Position numbers and translations under genes: made by a program. From an uncultured Alphaproteobacteria bacterium (GTDB lineage Bacteria > Pseudomonadota > Alphaproteobacteria > Rs-D84): 64,000 nt of DNA. The stretch is taken from contig CALXLG010000004.1 in NCBI GenBank assembly GCA_944389135.1, positions 2,413-66,412 on the forward strand, in the 5' to 3' direction. This document shows positions 30,213-41,487 of this stretch, piece after piece. Each line of letters starts with the position of its first letter. Positions within the stretch are counted from its first letter, which is position 1. The notes beneath the pieces are model-generated. The model searched no databases and had not been told where the DNA came from. It saw only the letters and a program-made list of their open reading frames with translations.

Positions 30213-32618
30213 TTATAGTTTTGCACGAACTTCTTCTACTTCATAGCATTCAACTCTGTCGCCTTCTTTTAAGTCATTATACTTATCAAAAGACATACCG
30301 AATTCAACACCAGCGCCAGAAACTTCTTTTACTTCATTCTTTTCACGACGCAGTTCACCGATTTTCCCATCGTATATAACAACATTATTACGCAACAAAC
30401 GAACAAAAGCATCTTTCTTTATAACGCCTTCTGAAACACGGCACCCCGCAACACGAACGCCTTTGCCAACCGTAAACAACGCAATAACGTCCGCATATCC
30501 AATAAAGTTCTCTTTCTTTTCTGGTGCAAGTTTACCAGATAAAATTTCTTTAATTTCATCCGTTATACGATATACAACACTGTGATATCTGATATCAACC
30601 CCATTAGAACGTGCCATATCACGAACCATACTATCTGCACGAACGTTAAACGCAATTATGACCGCACCAGATGCAGACGCCAGACGTATATCACCTTCAG
30701 TAATCTGACCAACACCAGAAGACAAGATTTCGACACCAACTTTATCAGTATTGATATCTTTCAACATATCTGTAATGGCTTCCACACTGCCCTGCACGTC
30801 TGCGCGCAAAACAATTGGTAAAATCAGCTTTTTGTTTTCATCACGCTTTGCAAATAATTCTTCCAAAGAAGAACGTTTTACAGTATTTGCTTTATCTTTT
30901 GCTTTCTGTGCACGATATGCTGCAACTTCGCGAGCCTGCGCTTCTGTTTCCATAACACGCAATTCATCACCGGCACTTGGCACGCTATTAAACCCAAGCA
31001 CAACCGCAGGTTGTCCAGGTTTAACAGATTTTACACGTTCACCAGCTGAATTAATTAAACCGCGTACACGACCAAAAGTTTCACCTGCCACAAAAACATC
31101 ACCTATGGATAATGTTCCTTGACGCATTAAAACAGTTGCAACCGCACCCAAGCCCTTTTCCATTTTTGCTTCAACGACATATGCAACCGCAGGCATATCT
31201 GGGTCTGCTTTTAAATCCATAAGCTCGGCTTGTAAAAGAATCGCTTCTTCTAACTTATCCAACCCGATACGTTTAGTCGCAGAAATTTCAACACACTGAA
31301 CATCACCGCCCATTTCTTCTACTTGCACTTCTTGCTGTAATAAGTCTGTCTTAACACGCTGTGGATTGGCTTCTGGTAAATCAATCTTGTTAATAGCAAC
31401 GATGAAAGGCACTTTCGCTGCACGAATATGATTAATCGCTTCAATTGTCTGTGGCATTATAGAGTCATTTGCCGCAACAACCAAAACAACTATATCCGCC
31501 ATTTGCGCACCACGTGCACGCATCGCTGTAAAAGTTTCGTGTCCAGGGGTATCCAAGAACGTAATCATCTGACCAGATTTTGATTTAACCTCATACGCAG
31601 AAACATGTTGTGTAATACCACCTGCTTCACGTGCCGCAACATTTGAATTACGAAAAGCATCTAACAAAGATGTCTTACCGTGGTCAACGTGACCAACAAC
31701 AGTTACAACAGGCGCACGTGGTTTTAAGTTTTCTGGATTAGGTTCACGTTCCAACTGATCAGAATAAGGCTTTACATCAACACGCTTTACCTTTGCCCCG
31801 AACTCAGTTGCAATAAGTTCGGCCGTATCAGCATCAATAGACTGGTTCTGTGAAGCCATCATACCCATTTCCATCAGCTTCTTTATAACATTACCAACCT
31901 TTTCTGCCATTGCTGCAGCCAAATCTTTAACCGTAATTGTATCACCCAAAGAAACAACATGTTCCACTTTTTGTGGTGCAGAAAATACTGCACGTGCTTT
32001 TTCACGGAAACGTTTTAACGAAGCTTCTGAACGACGACGATTTGCCCCACGCAAACCAATTTCATCATCGTCATCGTCTTCACCCCCAATTACGATATCA
32101 TGCAAAGAAATTTTACCTGATTTTTTAAAGTCTTTTTTATTATTGAATTTAGATGGTCTGTCATCGTCTTCATCGCGAGATGACTTTCCACCTTTAGAAG
32201 CAAACTGTCCTGCAGGTTGAGAATATTGTTTTTTTGGCGACACTTTTTCTGCAGGTGCTGGTTTTTCTTCGTCTTCTTGAACATTAACAGCATTATTTTC
32301 ACGTGCGGCTAATTGTTCTTTTACCTGTTCATATTCACGATTTTCACGTGCAATTTCTGCTTCACGAGCTTTACGAGCTGCTTCTTCTTCAGCTTCACGT
32401 TTTTTACGTTCTTCTTCCCTTGCACGTGCAGCCTCTAAAACAGCACGCAATTTTTCATCCGCCGCATTTTTTGGGGCAGCTGGTGCAACAGGTTCTTCAC
32501 GCAATTCTTTGCTGCCAGGTGCAACAACACGACGACGGCGTTCTACAAATACCGCATCGCCTTTTTTGCTTTGAACAGCATCTACTGTCACAGATTTTCC
32601 AAGTGTTAGTGTCGCCAT
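30213..32618 (-). CDS. infB: translation initiation factor IF-2
   Basis: [13 protein letters not shown]-domain and a charged N-terminal region. Confidence 0.95.
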   Translation of the reverse strand: MATLTLGKSVTVDAVQSKKGDAVFVERRRRVVAPGSKELREEPVAPAAPKNAADEKLRAVLEAARAREEERKKREAEEEAARKAREAEIARENREYEQVKEQLAARENNAVNVQEDEEKPAPAEKVSPKKQYSQPAGQFASKGGKSSRDEDDDRPSKFNNKKDFKKSGKISLHDIVIGGEDDDDDEIGLRGANRRRSEASLKRFREKARAVFSAPQKVEHVVSLGDTITVKDLAAAMAEKVGNVIKKLMEMGMMASQNQSIDADTAELIATEFGAKVKRVDVKPYSDQLEREPNPENLKPRAPVVTVVGHVDHGKTSLLDAFRNSNVAAREAGGITQHVSAYEVKSKSGQMITFLDTPGHETFTAMRARGAQMADIVVLVVAANDSIMPQTIEAINHIRAAKVPFIVAINKIDLPEANPQRVKTDLLQQEVQVEEMGGDVQCVEISATKRIGLDKLEEAILLQAELMDLKADPDMPAVAYVVEAKMEKGLGAVATVLMRQGTLSIGDVFVAGETFGRVRGLINSAGERVKSVKPGQPAVVLGFNSVPSAGDELRVMETEAQAREVAAYRAQKAKDKANTVKRSSLEELFAKRDENKKLILPIVLRADVQGSVEAITDMLKDINTDKVGVEILSSGVGQITEGDIRLASASGAVIIAFNVRADSMVRDMARSNGVDIRYHSVVYRITDEIKEILSGKLAPEKKENFIGYADVIALFTVGKGVRVAGCRVSEGVIKKDAFVRLLRNNVVIYDGKIGELRREKNEVKEVSGAGVEFGMSFDKYNDLKEGDRVECYEVEEVRAKL

Positions 32619-32649
32619 ATTTTAACCTTTATCTGTAATTAATATATCT

Positions 32650-34188
32650 TTATTCTTCGCCCTGAGTAATTCCATAAGCTAATTCACGTGATTTCATTAT
32701 AACACGCCCCGCCAAACGTGGACTAATGTTATCTTCGCCAACAATCTCTATCAATTCGTCAGAAGACAAATCAGCCAAATCTTCCAATGATTTTATACCA
32801 GCTTTACCAAGTTGCATTATCATTGGACGCTTTATAAAGTCAAAGTTCAATAAATCGTCTGACATACCTAACTTATGCCCTTCTTCTTTATAATCTTCTT
32901 CTTGTTTGGTCAGATAAGCTTTTGCACGATTTTGTAATTCTGTCGCCAGCTCTGCATTAAAGCCTTCGATGCTTTCAAGTTCGCTTAAATCAACAAATGC
33001 TATTTCTTCTATTGTTCTGAAACCTTCTGTTATCAGCAAATGAGCTAACATTTCATCAACGTCCAGACCACGTATAAACAATTCTGTCTTTTCTTTTACT
33101 TCTTTTGCACGACGTTCTTGTTCTTCGGCTTCATTCATAACATCAATATTCCAACCTGTTAATTGTGTTGCCAAACGAACATTCTGACCACGACGCCCAA
33201 TCGCCAAAGACTGCTGATCTTCTGTAACAACAACTGCAGCACTGCGAGTGTCTTCATCAACAATGATTTTTGCAACTTTTGCAGGTTGCATTGCATTAAC
33301 AATAAATACTGCAGGGTCTTCGGAATACAAAATAACGTCTATTTTTTCACCATGACATTCATTAATAACTGGTTGTATTCTTGTTCCTTTGATACCAACT
33401 GTCATACCAACTGCATCAATAGATGGGTCTTGTGTTTCAACAGCAATCTTTGCATGTGAACCCGGCGCACGTGCAACAGACTTTATTTTGATTATTCCTT
33501 CATAAATTTCCGGAACTTCTTGTACAAACAACTTTTCCATAAACATTGGATGGGTACGCGTCAAGAATATCTGTGGACCAGAATTAGAACGTGCAACGTC
33601 CATAATCAATGCGCGAACACGATCACCTACTGCTAAACGTTCACCAGGTATCAGTTCTGAATTCTTTATATACCCTTCTGCTTTTCCATTAATATCAACA
33701 AAAACATTACCGAACTCAATACGTTTTACAACACCACTAACGATATCACCAATATTGTCTTTGAATTCTTCATACTGACGCCCTTTTTCTGCATCACGAA
33801 CACGTGCCGTCATTATCTGACGCGCTGTCTGGAACGCCATACGTCCAAATTCTGGTTCTGGTAACGGATCTTCAACAATATCACCAACCTGCGGATTTTT
33901 AGCGTACTTTTTCGCCTGTTCAACCGTCAGCATTGTGTTTGCATCATAATCTTCGCCTTTTGATTCAGGAGATTCAATGACTTCAAACAAACGTTTTACA
34001 TAAATCGCACCATTTTTACGGTCAATCTGCGCTGTAATGTTAAATTCTTCACCATATTTATGTTTTGCAATTTTTGCAATGGCCGCCTCTAGTGATTCTA
34101 TAACAATATCACGTTCTATCTGTTTTTCCTGCGCCAACGAGTCAATTGCTAGCAATAAATCTTGGCGTGGCATAGAGACAAAAGACAT
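32650..34188 (-). CDS. nusA: transcription termination/antitermination factor NusA
   Basis: S1 domain, two KH domains, and a C-terminal duplicated HhH region. Confidence 0.95.
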   Translation of the reverse strand: MSFVSMPRQDLLLAIDSLAQEKQIERDIVIESLEAAIAKIAKHKYGEEFNITAQIDRKNGAIYVKRLFEVIESPESKGEDYDANTMLTVEQAKKYAKNPQVGDIVEDPLPEPEFGRMAFQTARQIMTARVRDAEKGRQYEEFKDNIGDIVSGVVKRIEFGNVFVDINGKAEGYIKNSELIPGERLAVGDRVRALIMDVARSNSGPQIFLTRTHPMFMEKLFVQEVPEIYEGIIKIKSVARAPGSHAKIAVETQDPSIDAVGMTVGIKGTRIQPVINECHGEKIDVILYSEDPAVFIVNAMQPAKVAKIIVDEDTRSAAVVVTEDQQSLAIGRRGQNVRLATQLTGWNIDVMNEAEEQERRAKEVKEKTELFIRGLDVDEMLAHLLITEGFRTIEEIAFVDLSELESIEGFNAELATELQNRAKAYLTKQEEDYKEEGHKLGMSDDLLNFDFIKRPMIMQLGKAGIKSLEDLADLSSDELIEIVGEDNISPRLAGRVIMKSRELAYGITQGEE

Positions 34189-34356
34189 TCGGTTTCTCCT
34201 TGTTTTTGTTTGTATTTTACTGAAAGAGCGGGGCTTTTCAACCCCGCTCTTAAAAAACTTTTAAGAACTTAGTGTTAAGTATAACAACGAATCGCAAAAA
34301 CGCAAGAATTTTCTACAAAAAATCCCCCAAACTCATGATTTTTTTACTAAATATAT

Positions 34357-34385
34357 TTGACGCTAAGTCTTTTGGGCTTTATACT
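34357..34385 (+). promoter_or_regulatory. candidate sigma-70 promoter (TTGACG-17-TATACT) for lptF/G
   Basis: Near-consensus -35 and -10 hexamers with 17 nt spacing. The -10 ends 7 nt before the ATG at 34393, so the transcript may be leaderless. Confidence 0.3.
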
Positions 34386-34392
34386 GCGCAAT

Positions 34393-35451
34393 ATGAAGAT
34401 AATCAATAAATATTTCTTGCGTCAATTAATTGGCATTTTCATTATGCTGTTGCTTGTACTTACCGGCCTTGCCTGGATGGTACAATTGATGTCTATGATG
34501 AAATTTTTATTAAACTATGGTATAGACTTAACTAGTTTTCTGGGTTTAACCTCATTAATGATTCCTTTTATAGTCTCTATCATCATACCTTTCGTAACGT
34601 TTATCACAATAATTTTTGTTTATAACAAGCTAATCACAGACAATGAAATTACTGTAATGGCGGCATCTGGGCTTTCCCCGAAACAAATTGCAAGACCAGC
34701 TTTGATTGTTGCAACAGTCTTGGCAATTCTACACTTTATATTAAATATATGGATTGTGCCTATATCTCAGGCTAAGTTTTATAGCACACAATGGAACCTG
34801 CGTTATGGTCTGGCCCATATGAAACTGCAAGAATCTGCATTTACACAACTGGCAGATGGGCTGGTGGTATATGTTGATAAAGTATCCGGACATGATTTAT
34901 CACAAGTAATGCTATCTGATATGCGCGATGATGGCACACCAATAATTATATTTGCAGAAAAAGGAAAGCTTGTTGCGACACCACGCGGTCTATCAATTGT
35001 AATGTCTAATGGTTCTTTGCAAACAACAGGTAATGCGATAACTACGGGTACATTTAATACTTTTGATATGGATTTAAATGTTGCTGATAAAGAAGGCGAT
35101 TCTGCTTTTAAAGTTCGTCGCGTTTCAACATCTTTATTACTTCAATCTATATTTGATTCTCCTTCACAAAAACAACACAAAATGGTTCTTACAGAACTTG
35201 CAACTAGATTTTTTGGACCTTTAATGAATATCTTTTTAGCCGTTTTATGTACATTGATTTTATTAAAAAGCTCATTATTACGCAGGCGCGCAAGTATGGC
35301 CCCAGCTGTTGCAGTTGCAGCAATGGCTGTTGCAATGTCTTTGTTTATGTCCGCTTCTAATATGATTGGTAGTTTAACAGAATTCGTGTTAATGGCTTTT
35401 GTCTTGCTATTAACATTGGGGTTATTATTATTCTTATTGTTTAGGAAATGA
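34393..35451 (+). CDS. LPS export permease, LptF/LptG family
   Basis: YjgP/YjgQ-type TM topology. MKIINKYFLRQL N-terminus. Confidence 0.75.
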   Translation: MKIINKYFLRQLIGIFIMLLLVLTGLAWMVQLMSMMKFLLNYGIDLTSFLGLTSLMIPFIVSIIIPFVTFITIIFVYNKLITDNEITVMAASGLSPKQIARPALIVATVLAILHFILNIWIVPISQAKFYSTQWNLRYGLAHMKLQESAFTQLADGLVVYVDKVSGHDLSQVMLSDMRDDGTPIIIFAEKGKLVATPRGLSIVMSNGSLQTTGNAITTGTFNTFDMDLNVADKEGDSAFKVRRVSTSLLLQSIFDSPSQKQHKMVLTELATRFFGPLMNIFLAVLCTLILLKSSLLRRRASMAPAVAVAAMAVAMSLFMSASNMIGSLTEFVLMAFVLLLTLGLLLFLLFRK

Positions 35452-37463
35452 AAAAAATAATTTTTGCATCTTTGTTGTGTTTTCTAAACGTTATTGCATA
35501 CGGCGCTACTTCCATTGATATAAATACACCGAAAACGATTACTGCCGATAAAATTGAATACGATTTAAATACAGACACAATAAAAACATCTGGCGAAACA
35601 GAAATAACAAATACATCTGGTCAAAGAATGACTTTAACAGATTCTTATATAACAAAAGACGGTTCTAGTCTATCAGGTAATGATATACAATTATGGTTAG
35701 GCAATCATGTTTATATAGAATCTGACAACATTACACGTGAAGGTGCCGATACGATTGCTCTTGATGCAACATTTACCGCCTGCGATAATTGTGATGCATA
35801 TGGCGATGCATGGAAAATTTCAACAACTAAAATAATTCACGATATGGATCGCAGGATGTTAAGTTTCTATAACCCTGTGCTATGGACTTATGACATACCT
35901 GTATTTTGGTTGCCTGTATTTGAAATGCCTGACCCTGGTATAAAATATAAAACGGGTTTTTTAATGCCTGATTTTGAATCAACTAATAACATGGGGACTC
36001 AAATAAATATACCGCTTTATATATCTATATCAGACACCCATGACATTACTTTTACAACATCATATATTACGCAAGAAAACCCTTTGTTTCAAATAGAACA
36101 CAGGTTAAATATGCCTCATTCTGAATATAGGACAAGTGGTGCCTTTACTCATAACAAGGAAGGCGAAAACCGCTGGTATATATTTAATAACGACGTCATA
36201 GAACTGGGTGAATACGCACGTGCAACAATCTTCTTGGAAAGAGCATCCGATAAAACATTTTTACAAAAGTACGGCTTTTATGATGACCAACCATACTTAG
36301 ATTCTGGTGCAACCTTAGAATTATTTGGGCAATCTGGTTATGTTGTTGCAGATGCACATATCTTCCAAGAACTGCGTAGCGCAACAGGCATTTATTCTGC
36401 ACCTTCAGGAAACATATTACCGAACATACGTGGCGTTTATCAAACAGCCCCAATATATAAAGAAACTTATGCGACATTTAGCACGGATATATTAGGAATT
36501 TCTGGGGACGGAACATCTTCGCAACGATTGGTTGGCGATGCCAGAATTACTTCACCATGGACACTATGGGGCGGGAACCGTTTAACAGCAAGTGTGTCTG
36601 CCCGATATGATGTATATAATTTTGACAAAACACAAATGGTTAATATGCAGGAATTTTCTGGTTTAAAAGACCGCTTTTTACCTAGTGGTTATTTAGAATG
36701 GGGTTTGCCTTTATTCAAACCAGGGAACAACTGGACGCAAGTAATTGAACCAAAAGCAAGACTGACAGTTATGCGCACAACAGAAGAAGACCAATTGGCA
36801 TTAAACAATGATTCGGCTGGTGCCTTCTTATCTGACACAACATTATTTTCAGATAACAGATTTGCAGGTTTAGACTTGTGGGAGAACGGTACGTATGCCG
36901 ATTATGGTGTTCGCTGGGCAGCGTTTAACCCAAACGGGAAATCTTTTGAATTATTCTTAGGGCAAACATATGATTTTGAAGAACGTGCTTCAACTGACCC
37001 AAACAGTGGTTTTCATAATGGTGCATCAGACTATGTCGGTCGCATAAAGTATAATAATATGAAATGGGTTAACTTTGCCAGTCGCTTCAGACTGTCCCAA
37101 GAAGATTTGTCCTTAAGTCATATGGAAACCTCTGCTATTATTGGGAACTCTAATAATTTTATTAATATTGGTCATATTTGGTCACAACGTTTTATAGATT
37201 CTCAGACACTTGCGGATGATATAAACGAAATAACCGCAGGTGTTGGAATTAAGTTATCAAATCGTTGGTCTATACGATTTAATGCAATTTACAATATGAC
37301 TTTTGATAAGTTTCAAAGACATTCTGGTGGTATATTCTATAATCACCCATGTTATTATTTATCTGCGGAATATCGTCATGATAACGCAGTTAAAGAAGAT
37401 TATGTCGGTACAACAACTTTCCAATTCAGATTTGGAATGAGCATTGATGGACAAAGATATTAA
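35448..37463 (+). CDS. lptD: LPS-assembly outer membrane protein LptD
   Basis: OstA-like N-terminal domain and a large beta-barrel. Sits downstream of lptF/G. Confidence 0.85.
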   Translation: MKKIIFASLLCFLNVIAYGATSIDINTPKTITADKIEYDLNTDTIKTSGETEITNTSGQRMTLTDSYITKDGSSLSGNDIQLWLGNHVYIESDNITREGADTIALDATFTACDNCDAYGDAWKISTTKIIHDMDRRMLSFYNPVLWTYDIPVFWLPVFEMPDPGIKYKTGFLMPDFESTNNMGTQINIPLYISISDTHDITFTTSYITQENPLFQIEHRLNMPHSEYRTSGAFTHNKEGENRWYIFNNDVIELGEYARATIFLERASDKTFLQKYGFYDDQPYLDSGATLELFGQSGYVVADAHIFQELRSATGIYSAPSGNILPNIRGVYQTAPIYKETYATFSTDILGISGDGTSSQRLVGDARITSPWTLWGGNRLTASVSARYDVYNFDKTQMVNMQEFSGLKDRFLPSGYLEWGLPLFKPGNNWTQVIEPKARLTVMRTTEEDQLALNNDSAGAFLSDTTLFSDNRFAGLDLWENGTYADYGVRWAAFNPNGKSFELFLGQTYDFEERASTDPNSGFHNGASDYVGRIKYNNMKWVNFASRFRLSQEDLSLSHMETSAIIGNSNNFINIGHIWSQRFIDSQTLADDINEITAGVGIKLSNRWSIRFNAIYNMTFDKFQRHSGGIFYNHPCYYLSAEYRHDNAVKEDYVGTTTFQFRFGMSIDGQRY

Positions 37464-37474
37464 AGGATAGAGAG

Positions 37475-38299
37475 ATGAAGCGTTCTTTTTTAACATTTTT
37501 ATCTTGCTGTTTTCTAACCTTGCCTGCTTTTTCTGCAAGCGTGGTTGCCAGCGTAAATGGAACACCAATTACCGACACAGACATTACAGCCCGAACAACT
37601 CTTATGAATAAACAAGGCAAAACGTCAACAGACAATCGAAAACAAGCACTACAAAACATAATTGATGATAATGTCAAACTAACTTATGCGTCAAATTTTG
37701 GTGCGGTGCCTGATGACGAAGATGTTGAAAAAGAACTAAAAAAATTAAATCTGGGCGATTTGTCCGCTTCAGAAAAAGCAATGGCAAAATCCGCAATGAA
37801 GGCAGATATTGCATGGCAGATAGTTGTTGCAAGAACAGTTCTGCCAACAATAGAAGTATCTAAAGAAGACATAGCCGCAGAAAAATCAGAACTTGCACGT
37901 GAACATGGATTGCCTATTGAAATGACTATTGTCAGACTTGTTGATATACCAGCAGACGTTGCAACAAAATTAACAAAGCCGAAAAGTTGCGATGCCGCAA
38001 TAAAAATGGCCGAAGATTTAGGTGGCGTGCCACAAAAATTCACGGCAGTTCAATATGAACTATCCGAAGACATTCGAAAACGAGTTGTAGACCTGCCAAA
38101 GTTGACGTGGTCTCCAGTTGTTGACCGTTCGGTATTACTTGTGTGCAGTACTAAAAAAACAGACGAGTATGGAAAATTAGACGAGATAATCAAGCAAAAT
38201 GCTATGTATAAGCAAGCTATGTTTATCGCAGACCAACAACTAAAACAACTACGTCGCAAAGCGGTTATTGTAATAAATGATGATAGGTATGAATTATGA
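37475..38299 (+). CDS. SurA N-terminal-domain-like periplasmic chaperone
   Basis: Signal peptide. Conserved position after lptD. No obvious PPIase domain. Confidence 0.5.
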   Translation: MKRSFLTFLSCCFLTLPAFSASVVASVNGTPITDTDITARTTLMNKQGKTSTDNRKQALQNIIDDNVKLTYASNFGAVPDDEDVEKELKKLNLGDLSASEKAMAKSAMKADIAWQIVVARTVLPTIEVSKEDIAAEKSELAREHGLPIEMTIVRLVDIPADVATKLTKPKSCDAAIKMAEDLGGVPQKFTAVQYELSEDIRKRVVDLPKLTWSPVVDRSVLLVCSTKKTDEYGKLDEIIKQNAMYKQAMFIADQQLKQLRRKAVIVINDDRYEL

Positions 38300-39396
38300 A
38301 GCCGGTATTATTTAACTTTTCTGATGCGGAATTAACAGACTTTATTGAAAAACTGGGGCAACCTAAGTTTCGTGCTAAGCAAATTCGTGAATGGTTATTG
38401 CGTGGCGCACCAGATTTTGCGTCTATGAAGAATTTGCCAGAAAAATTGCGTAAAGAATTAGATGAAACTGCACAAACACTGCCTGTGAAAATTGTAAAAA
38501 AATTAGAATCATCCGATGGTCAAACTACTAAGTTCTTATTAGAACTAAATGATTGCGAACAAATAGAATGCGTTTTAATGCGAACAAGTTATGGCAATAG
38601 CGTATGTGTAAGTTCTCAGGCTGGTTGCGCAATGGGTTGTAAATTCTGTGCCAGTACCCTTTTAGGCTTAAAACGTAATCTGACAGTAAATGAAATATTC
38701 TCGCAAATTCTGATTGCACAATGGGAATTACGAAACGATAAAAATTCAGAACGTTCAATTCATCCAAATGGTGACGCTAATAATGGCGATGTGTCTCATA
38801 TTGTTGTTATGGGAACGGGGGAACCTTTGCAAAACACAGAAAATGTTATTGGTTTTATAGAACGCGCAAATAAAGATATGGGTATAGGCTGGCGCAAGAT
38901 AACAGTTTCTACTTGTGGCATTGTACCTGGAATTAAAGATTTAACAGCATGGGGCAGACCTATAAACCTTGCAATATCCCTGCATGCACCAACAGATGAA
39001 TTACGCAGTCAAATTATGCCGATTAATAATAAATACAAATTATCAGAAGTTTTGGACGCAGCTTTTGAATTTTCAGACCTGCATAATCGCCAACTGATGA
39101 TAGAGTATATATTACTTGGTAAAAAGAACGATAAAGGCGAAACAGAACTGTTTAACTGCGATACAGAATATGCAGAAAAGTTGTCTGAATTATTAAAAGA
39201 CAAAAATTGTATGGTAAACTTAATTCCTTGGAATGCTGTTGATGAACGTGATTTTGCATCACCTTCGGGAAATGCGGTTCATAGGTTCCAAGATATTTTA
39301 ATAAAAAATGGGATTCACACCAGAATAAGACGCGAACGCGGGCAGGATATAGGGAGTGCTTGTGGGCAATTGCGTCTAAACAACAAAAAGATATAA
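38296..39396 (+). CDS. rlmN: 23S rRNA (adenine2503-C2)-methyltransferase RlmN
   Basis: Radical-SAM CAMGCKFC motif. The N- and C-termini align with RlmN. Confidence 0.9.
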   Translation: MKPVLFNFSDAELTDFIEKLGQPKFRAKQIREWLLRGAPDFASMKNLPEKLRKELDETAQTLPVKIVKKLESSDGQTTKFLLELNDCEQIECVLMRTSYGNSVCVSSQAGCAMGCKFCASTLLGLKRNLTVNEIFSQILIAQWELRNDKNSERSIHPNGDANNGDVSHIVVMGTGEPLQNTENVIGFIERANKDMGIGWRKITVSTCGIVPGIKDLTAWGRPINLAISLHAPTDELRSQIMPINNKYKLSEVLDAAFEFSDLHNRQLMIEYILLGKKNDKGETELFNCDTEYAEKLSELLKDKNCMVNLIPWNAVDERDFASPSGNAVHRFQDILIKNGIHTRIRRERGQDIGSACGQLRLNNKKI

Positions 39397-39397
39397 A

Positions 39398-40144
39398 ATG
39401 CAACTACGTTATATAACCTGCTCTGACCCACGTGAAGACACCCCTATTAAAGATATCTTGCGCCTGTCGCAAATTTTGCCAAATGTAGAAATCGCGGTGC
39501 AAGCCCACCCATCAAAAATGTCTTTTGATATGCCTAGGCGCAAATGGTTTGAAACACTTTTGAAAGAATCTTTATCCATGCCAACAGCACCAAATCTTGC
39601 CGTGCATGTAAACTTAGACTGGTGTGATAAATTCTGTCAGGGAAATCTAGCACCGGAATTAATAGACTTTTTCTTTTTACTTCGTAAAGATGGTATGCCT
39701 GCGATTCGTCGTTGGCAAATAAATATACACGGCAGTAAAACAAAATTATTTAAAACAGAAAACATTGGTAAATTAATGAAAAATTATCCTAATCGTGAAT
39801 TTATTTTTCAATATGGAGCATCTGAATACCACAGAATGCAAAGGCTTGATAAAAACGCCGCAAACTTCTCGTTATTATATGACACATCAGGTGGTGCGGG
39901 CAAACTGACAAAGAACTGGCGCGCACCTTTATTTGAGAAACATCCACAAGGTTATGCAGGTGGCCTGTCACCAGAAAATGTGGTACAAAACCTTGATAAA
40001 ATTTCAAAAGTTGCAGGCAGTCGCACAGATATATGGATTGATGCAGAAGGGAAATTAAAAACACCAGGGACAAAAACATTTGATATAAATCGTGCAAAAC
40101 AATATATAAATGCCGCCGTACGCTGGCAACAAAAACAAAAATAA
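39398..40144 (+). CDS. phosphoribosylanthranilate isomerase (TrpF)-like TIM-barrel protein
   Basis: DTSGGAGKLTKNW...GYAGGLSPENV...IWIDAEG resembles the TrpF C-terminal phosphate-binding motifs. Confidence 0.35.
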   Translation: MQLRYITCSDPREDTPIKDILRLSQILPNVEIAVQAHPSKMSFDMPRRKWFETLLKESLSMPTAPNLAVHVNLDWCDKFCQGNLAPELIDFFFLLRKDGMPAIRRWQINIHGSKTKLFKTENIGKLMKNYPNREFIFQYGASEYHRMQRLDKNAANFSLLYDTSGGAGKLTKNWRAPLFEKHPQGYAGGLSPENVVQNLDKISKVAGSRTDIWIDAEGKLKTPGTKTFDINRAKQYINAAVRWQQKQK

Positions 40145-40174
40145 AGAACCCGCAAATGCGGGTTTTACTTTTTT
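40143..40174. terminator. bidirectional terminator (acccgcaaatgcgggt hairpin)
   Basis: Perfect hairpin with a T-run. A near-identical copy lies at 40815-40846. Confidence 0.6.
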
Positions 40175-40782
40175 ACTACTTCAGGGTCTTTTTTACGCCC
40201 CCTTGTATGGGTTTTCTGATAAGCGCGTCGTTGTTTTGTTATCTCGTATAAAACAATCCCTGTCGACGTTGCTAAATTTAAACTTTCAATTATCCCATAC
40301 ATCTCTATACTAACACACGCAGCACTGCGAGAAACAGCCAAATCGCTAATACCACGCGCCTCGTTCCCGAACCATACTGCCAAACGTTTTTGCGTAAAAT
40401 CACCGTTTTGTAATATCACATTTGTTTTTCCCTTTATATGAGGCGATGTTACAATAGATACATATTTATTTTTCTCTAAGTGATTTAAGCAATCTTGCGT
40501 TGATTTAAACTTTTTAACAAAAGTCCACTTTATCGCAGAAACAGACGTCTTTAATAAAGTTTTATTATTTCTCATATTTTCCCACTCTGCAGGAATACGA
40601 TTATAGGGGTCCACAATATATAATTTCTCAACCCCCAGCGCATTAATATTTCTTATAACTGTACCAATATTTTTTAAATCACTGGGTTCTTCTAAAACAG
40701 CTATCAAATTCTTACATCTGCCGGTTTTAGCATAATTGGCTTTTTGTCTTAATCCGAATAACATACATAATCCCCTTTGCAC
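40165..40782 (-). CDS. SpoU/TrmH-family RNA 2'-O-methyltransferase
   Basis: SPOUT motifs (NIGTVIRN...LGVEKLYIV). Confidence 0.7.
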   Translation of the reverse strand: MQRGLCMLFGLRQKANYAKTGRCKNLIAVLEEPSDLKNIGTVIRNINALGVEKLYIVDPYNRIPAEWENMRNNKTLLKTSVSAIKWTFVKKFKSTQDCLNHLEKNKYVSIVTSPHIKGKTNVILQNGDFTQKRLAVWFGNEARGISDLAVSRSAACVSIEMYGIIESLNLATSTGIVLYEITKQRRAYQKTHTRGRKKDPEVVKK

Positions 40783-40814
40783 GAATCATATCAGCTAATA
40801 TAAACAAGTAAAGA

Positions 40815-40846
40815 AAAACCCGCAAATGCGGGTTTTGTTTTATTTA
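40815..40846. terminator. bidirectional terminator (second copy of the same hairpin)
   Basis: aaaaacccgcaaatgcgggttttgtttt. Confidence 0.6.
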
Positions 40847-41487
40847 TTTGGAATAATTTTTATTTCAACACGACGATTTTGCTGGCGCCCCTCGGCCGTT
40901 GAATTAGAAGCTATTGGATTAGATGACCCCAGCCCCATAATTTCAAATCTGGACGCCTTTACACCCTGCCCTTGCAAATATGCCGCAACCGCACTTGCGC
41001 GTTGTTGCGACAAAGTCTGATTGTATTGTGCTGTACCTGTGCTGTCTGTATAGCCCAATACCATTACAGTAGAGTTATCATATTTATTCAATACTTTTGC
41101 AACAGAATTTAATGTCGCATAAAAACTTGCGTTTATATCTGACGAATCTGTCTTAAAAGTAATATTACCTGGCATAATCAAACGAATACTGTCATTATCA
41201 CGAACAACACTTACACCGGTTGAAGCCAGTTCCTGACGTAATTCAGCCTCTTGTACATCCAAATAATAACCAACACCACCACCAAGTGCAGCACCAGCCA
41301 ATCCACCAACCAATGCGCCTTTACCACTATTACCAGCAACCAAAGCCCCTGTAGCTGCACCAGTTGCAGCACCAATTGCAGTTCCCCATACTGCTTTAGA
41401 GGTTTGTGCCTCCCCCGTATAAGGATTTACTGTCGCGCATGCACTTAGCATAGAAGCAATCATTAAACCTGCTAATAATTTTTTCAT
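40840..41487 (-). CDS. OmpA-family lipoprotein with glycine-zipper region
   Basis: Lipobox MLSAC. GxxxG-rich segment. C-terminal OmpA domain (GYTDSTG...RRVEIKI). Confidence 0.7.
   Translation of the reverse strand: MKKLLAGLMIASMLSACATVNPYTGEAQTSKAVWGTAIGAATGAATGALVAGNSGKGALVGGLAGAALGGGVGYYLDVQEAELRQELASTGVSVVRDNDSIRLIMPGNITFKTDSSDINASFYATLNSVAKVLNKYDNSTVMVLGYTDSTGTAQYNQTLSQQRASAVAAYLQGQGVKASRFEIMGLGSSNPIASNSTAEGRQQNRRVEIKIIPNK

Noticed and set aside
34225-34262. Strong hairpin (agagcgggg-cttttcaa-ccccgctct) between nusA and lptF/G, as a possible terminator
   Set aside because: It is not followed by a U-run on either strand. It is more likely a nusA 5'-leader structure, as in rimP-nusA autoregulatory leaders.
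34357-34392. TTG-initiated N-terminal extension of the LptF/G ORF (MTLSLLGFILRN)
   Set aside because: The TTGACG is better read as a -35 hexamer. A TATACT -10 and then an ATG (34393) with the conserved MKIINKYF N-terminus follow.
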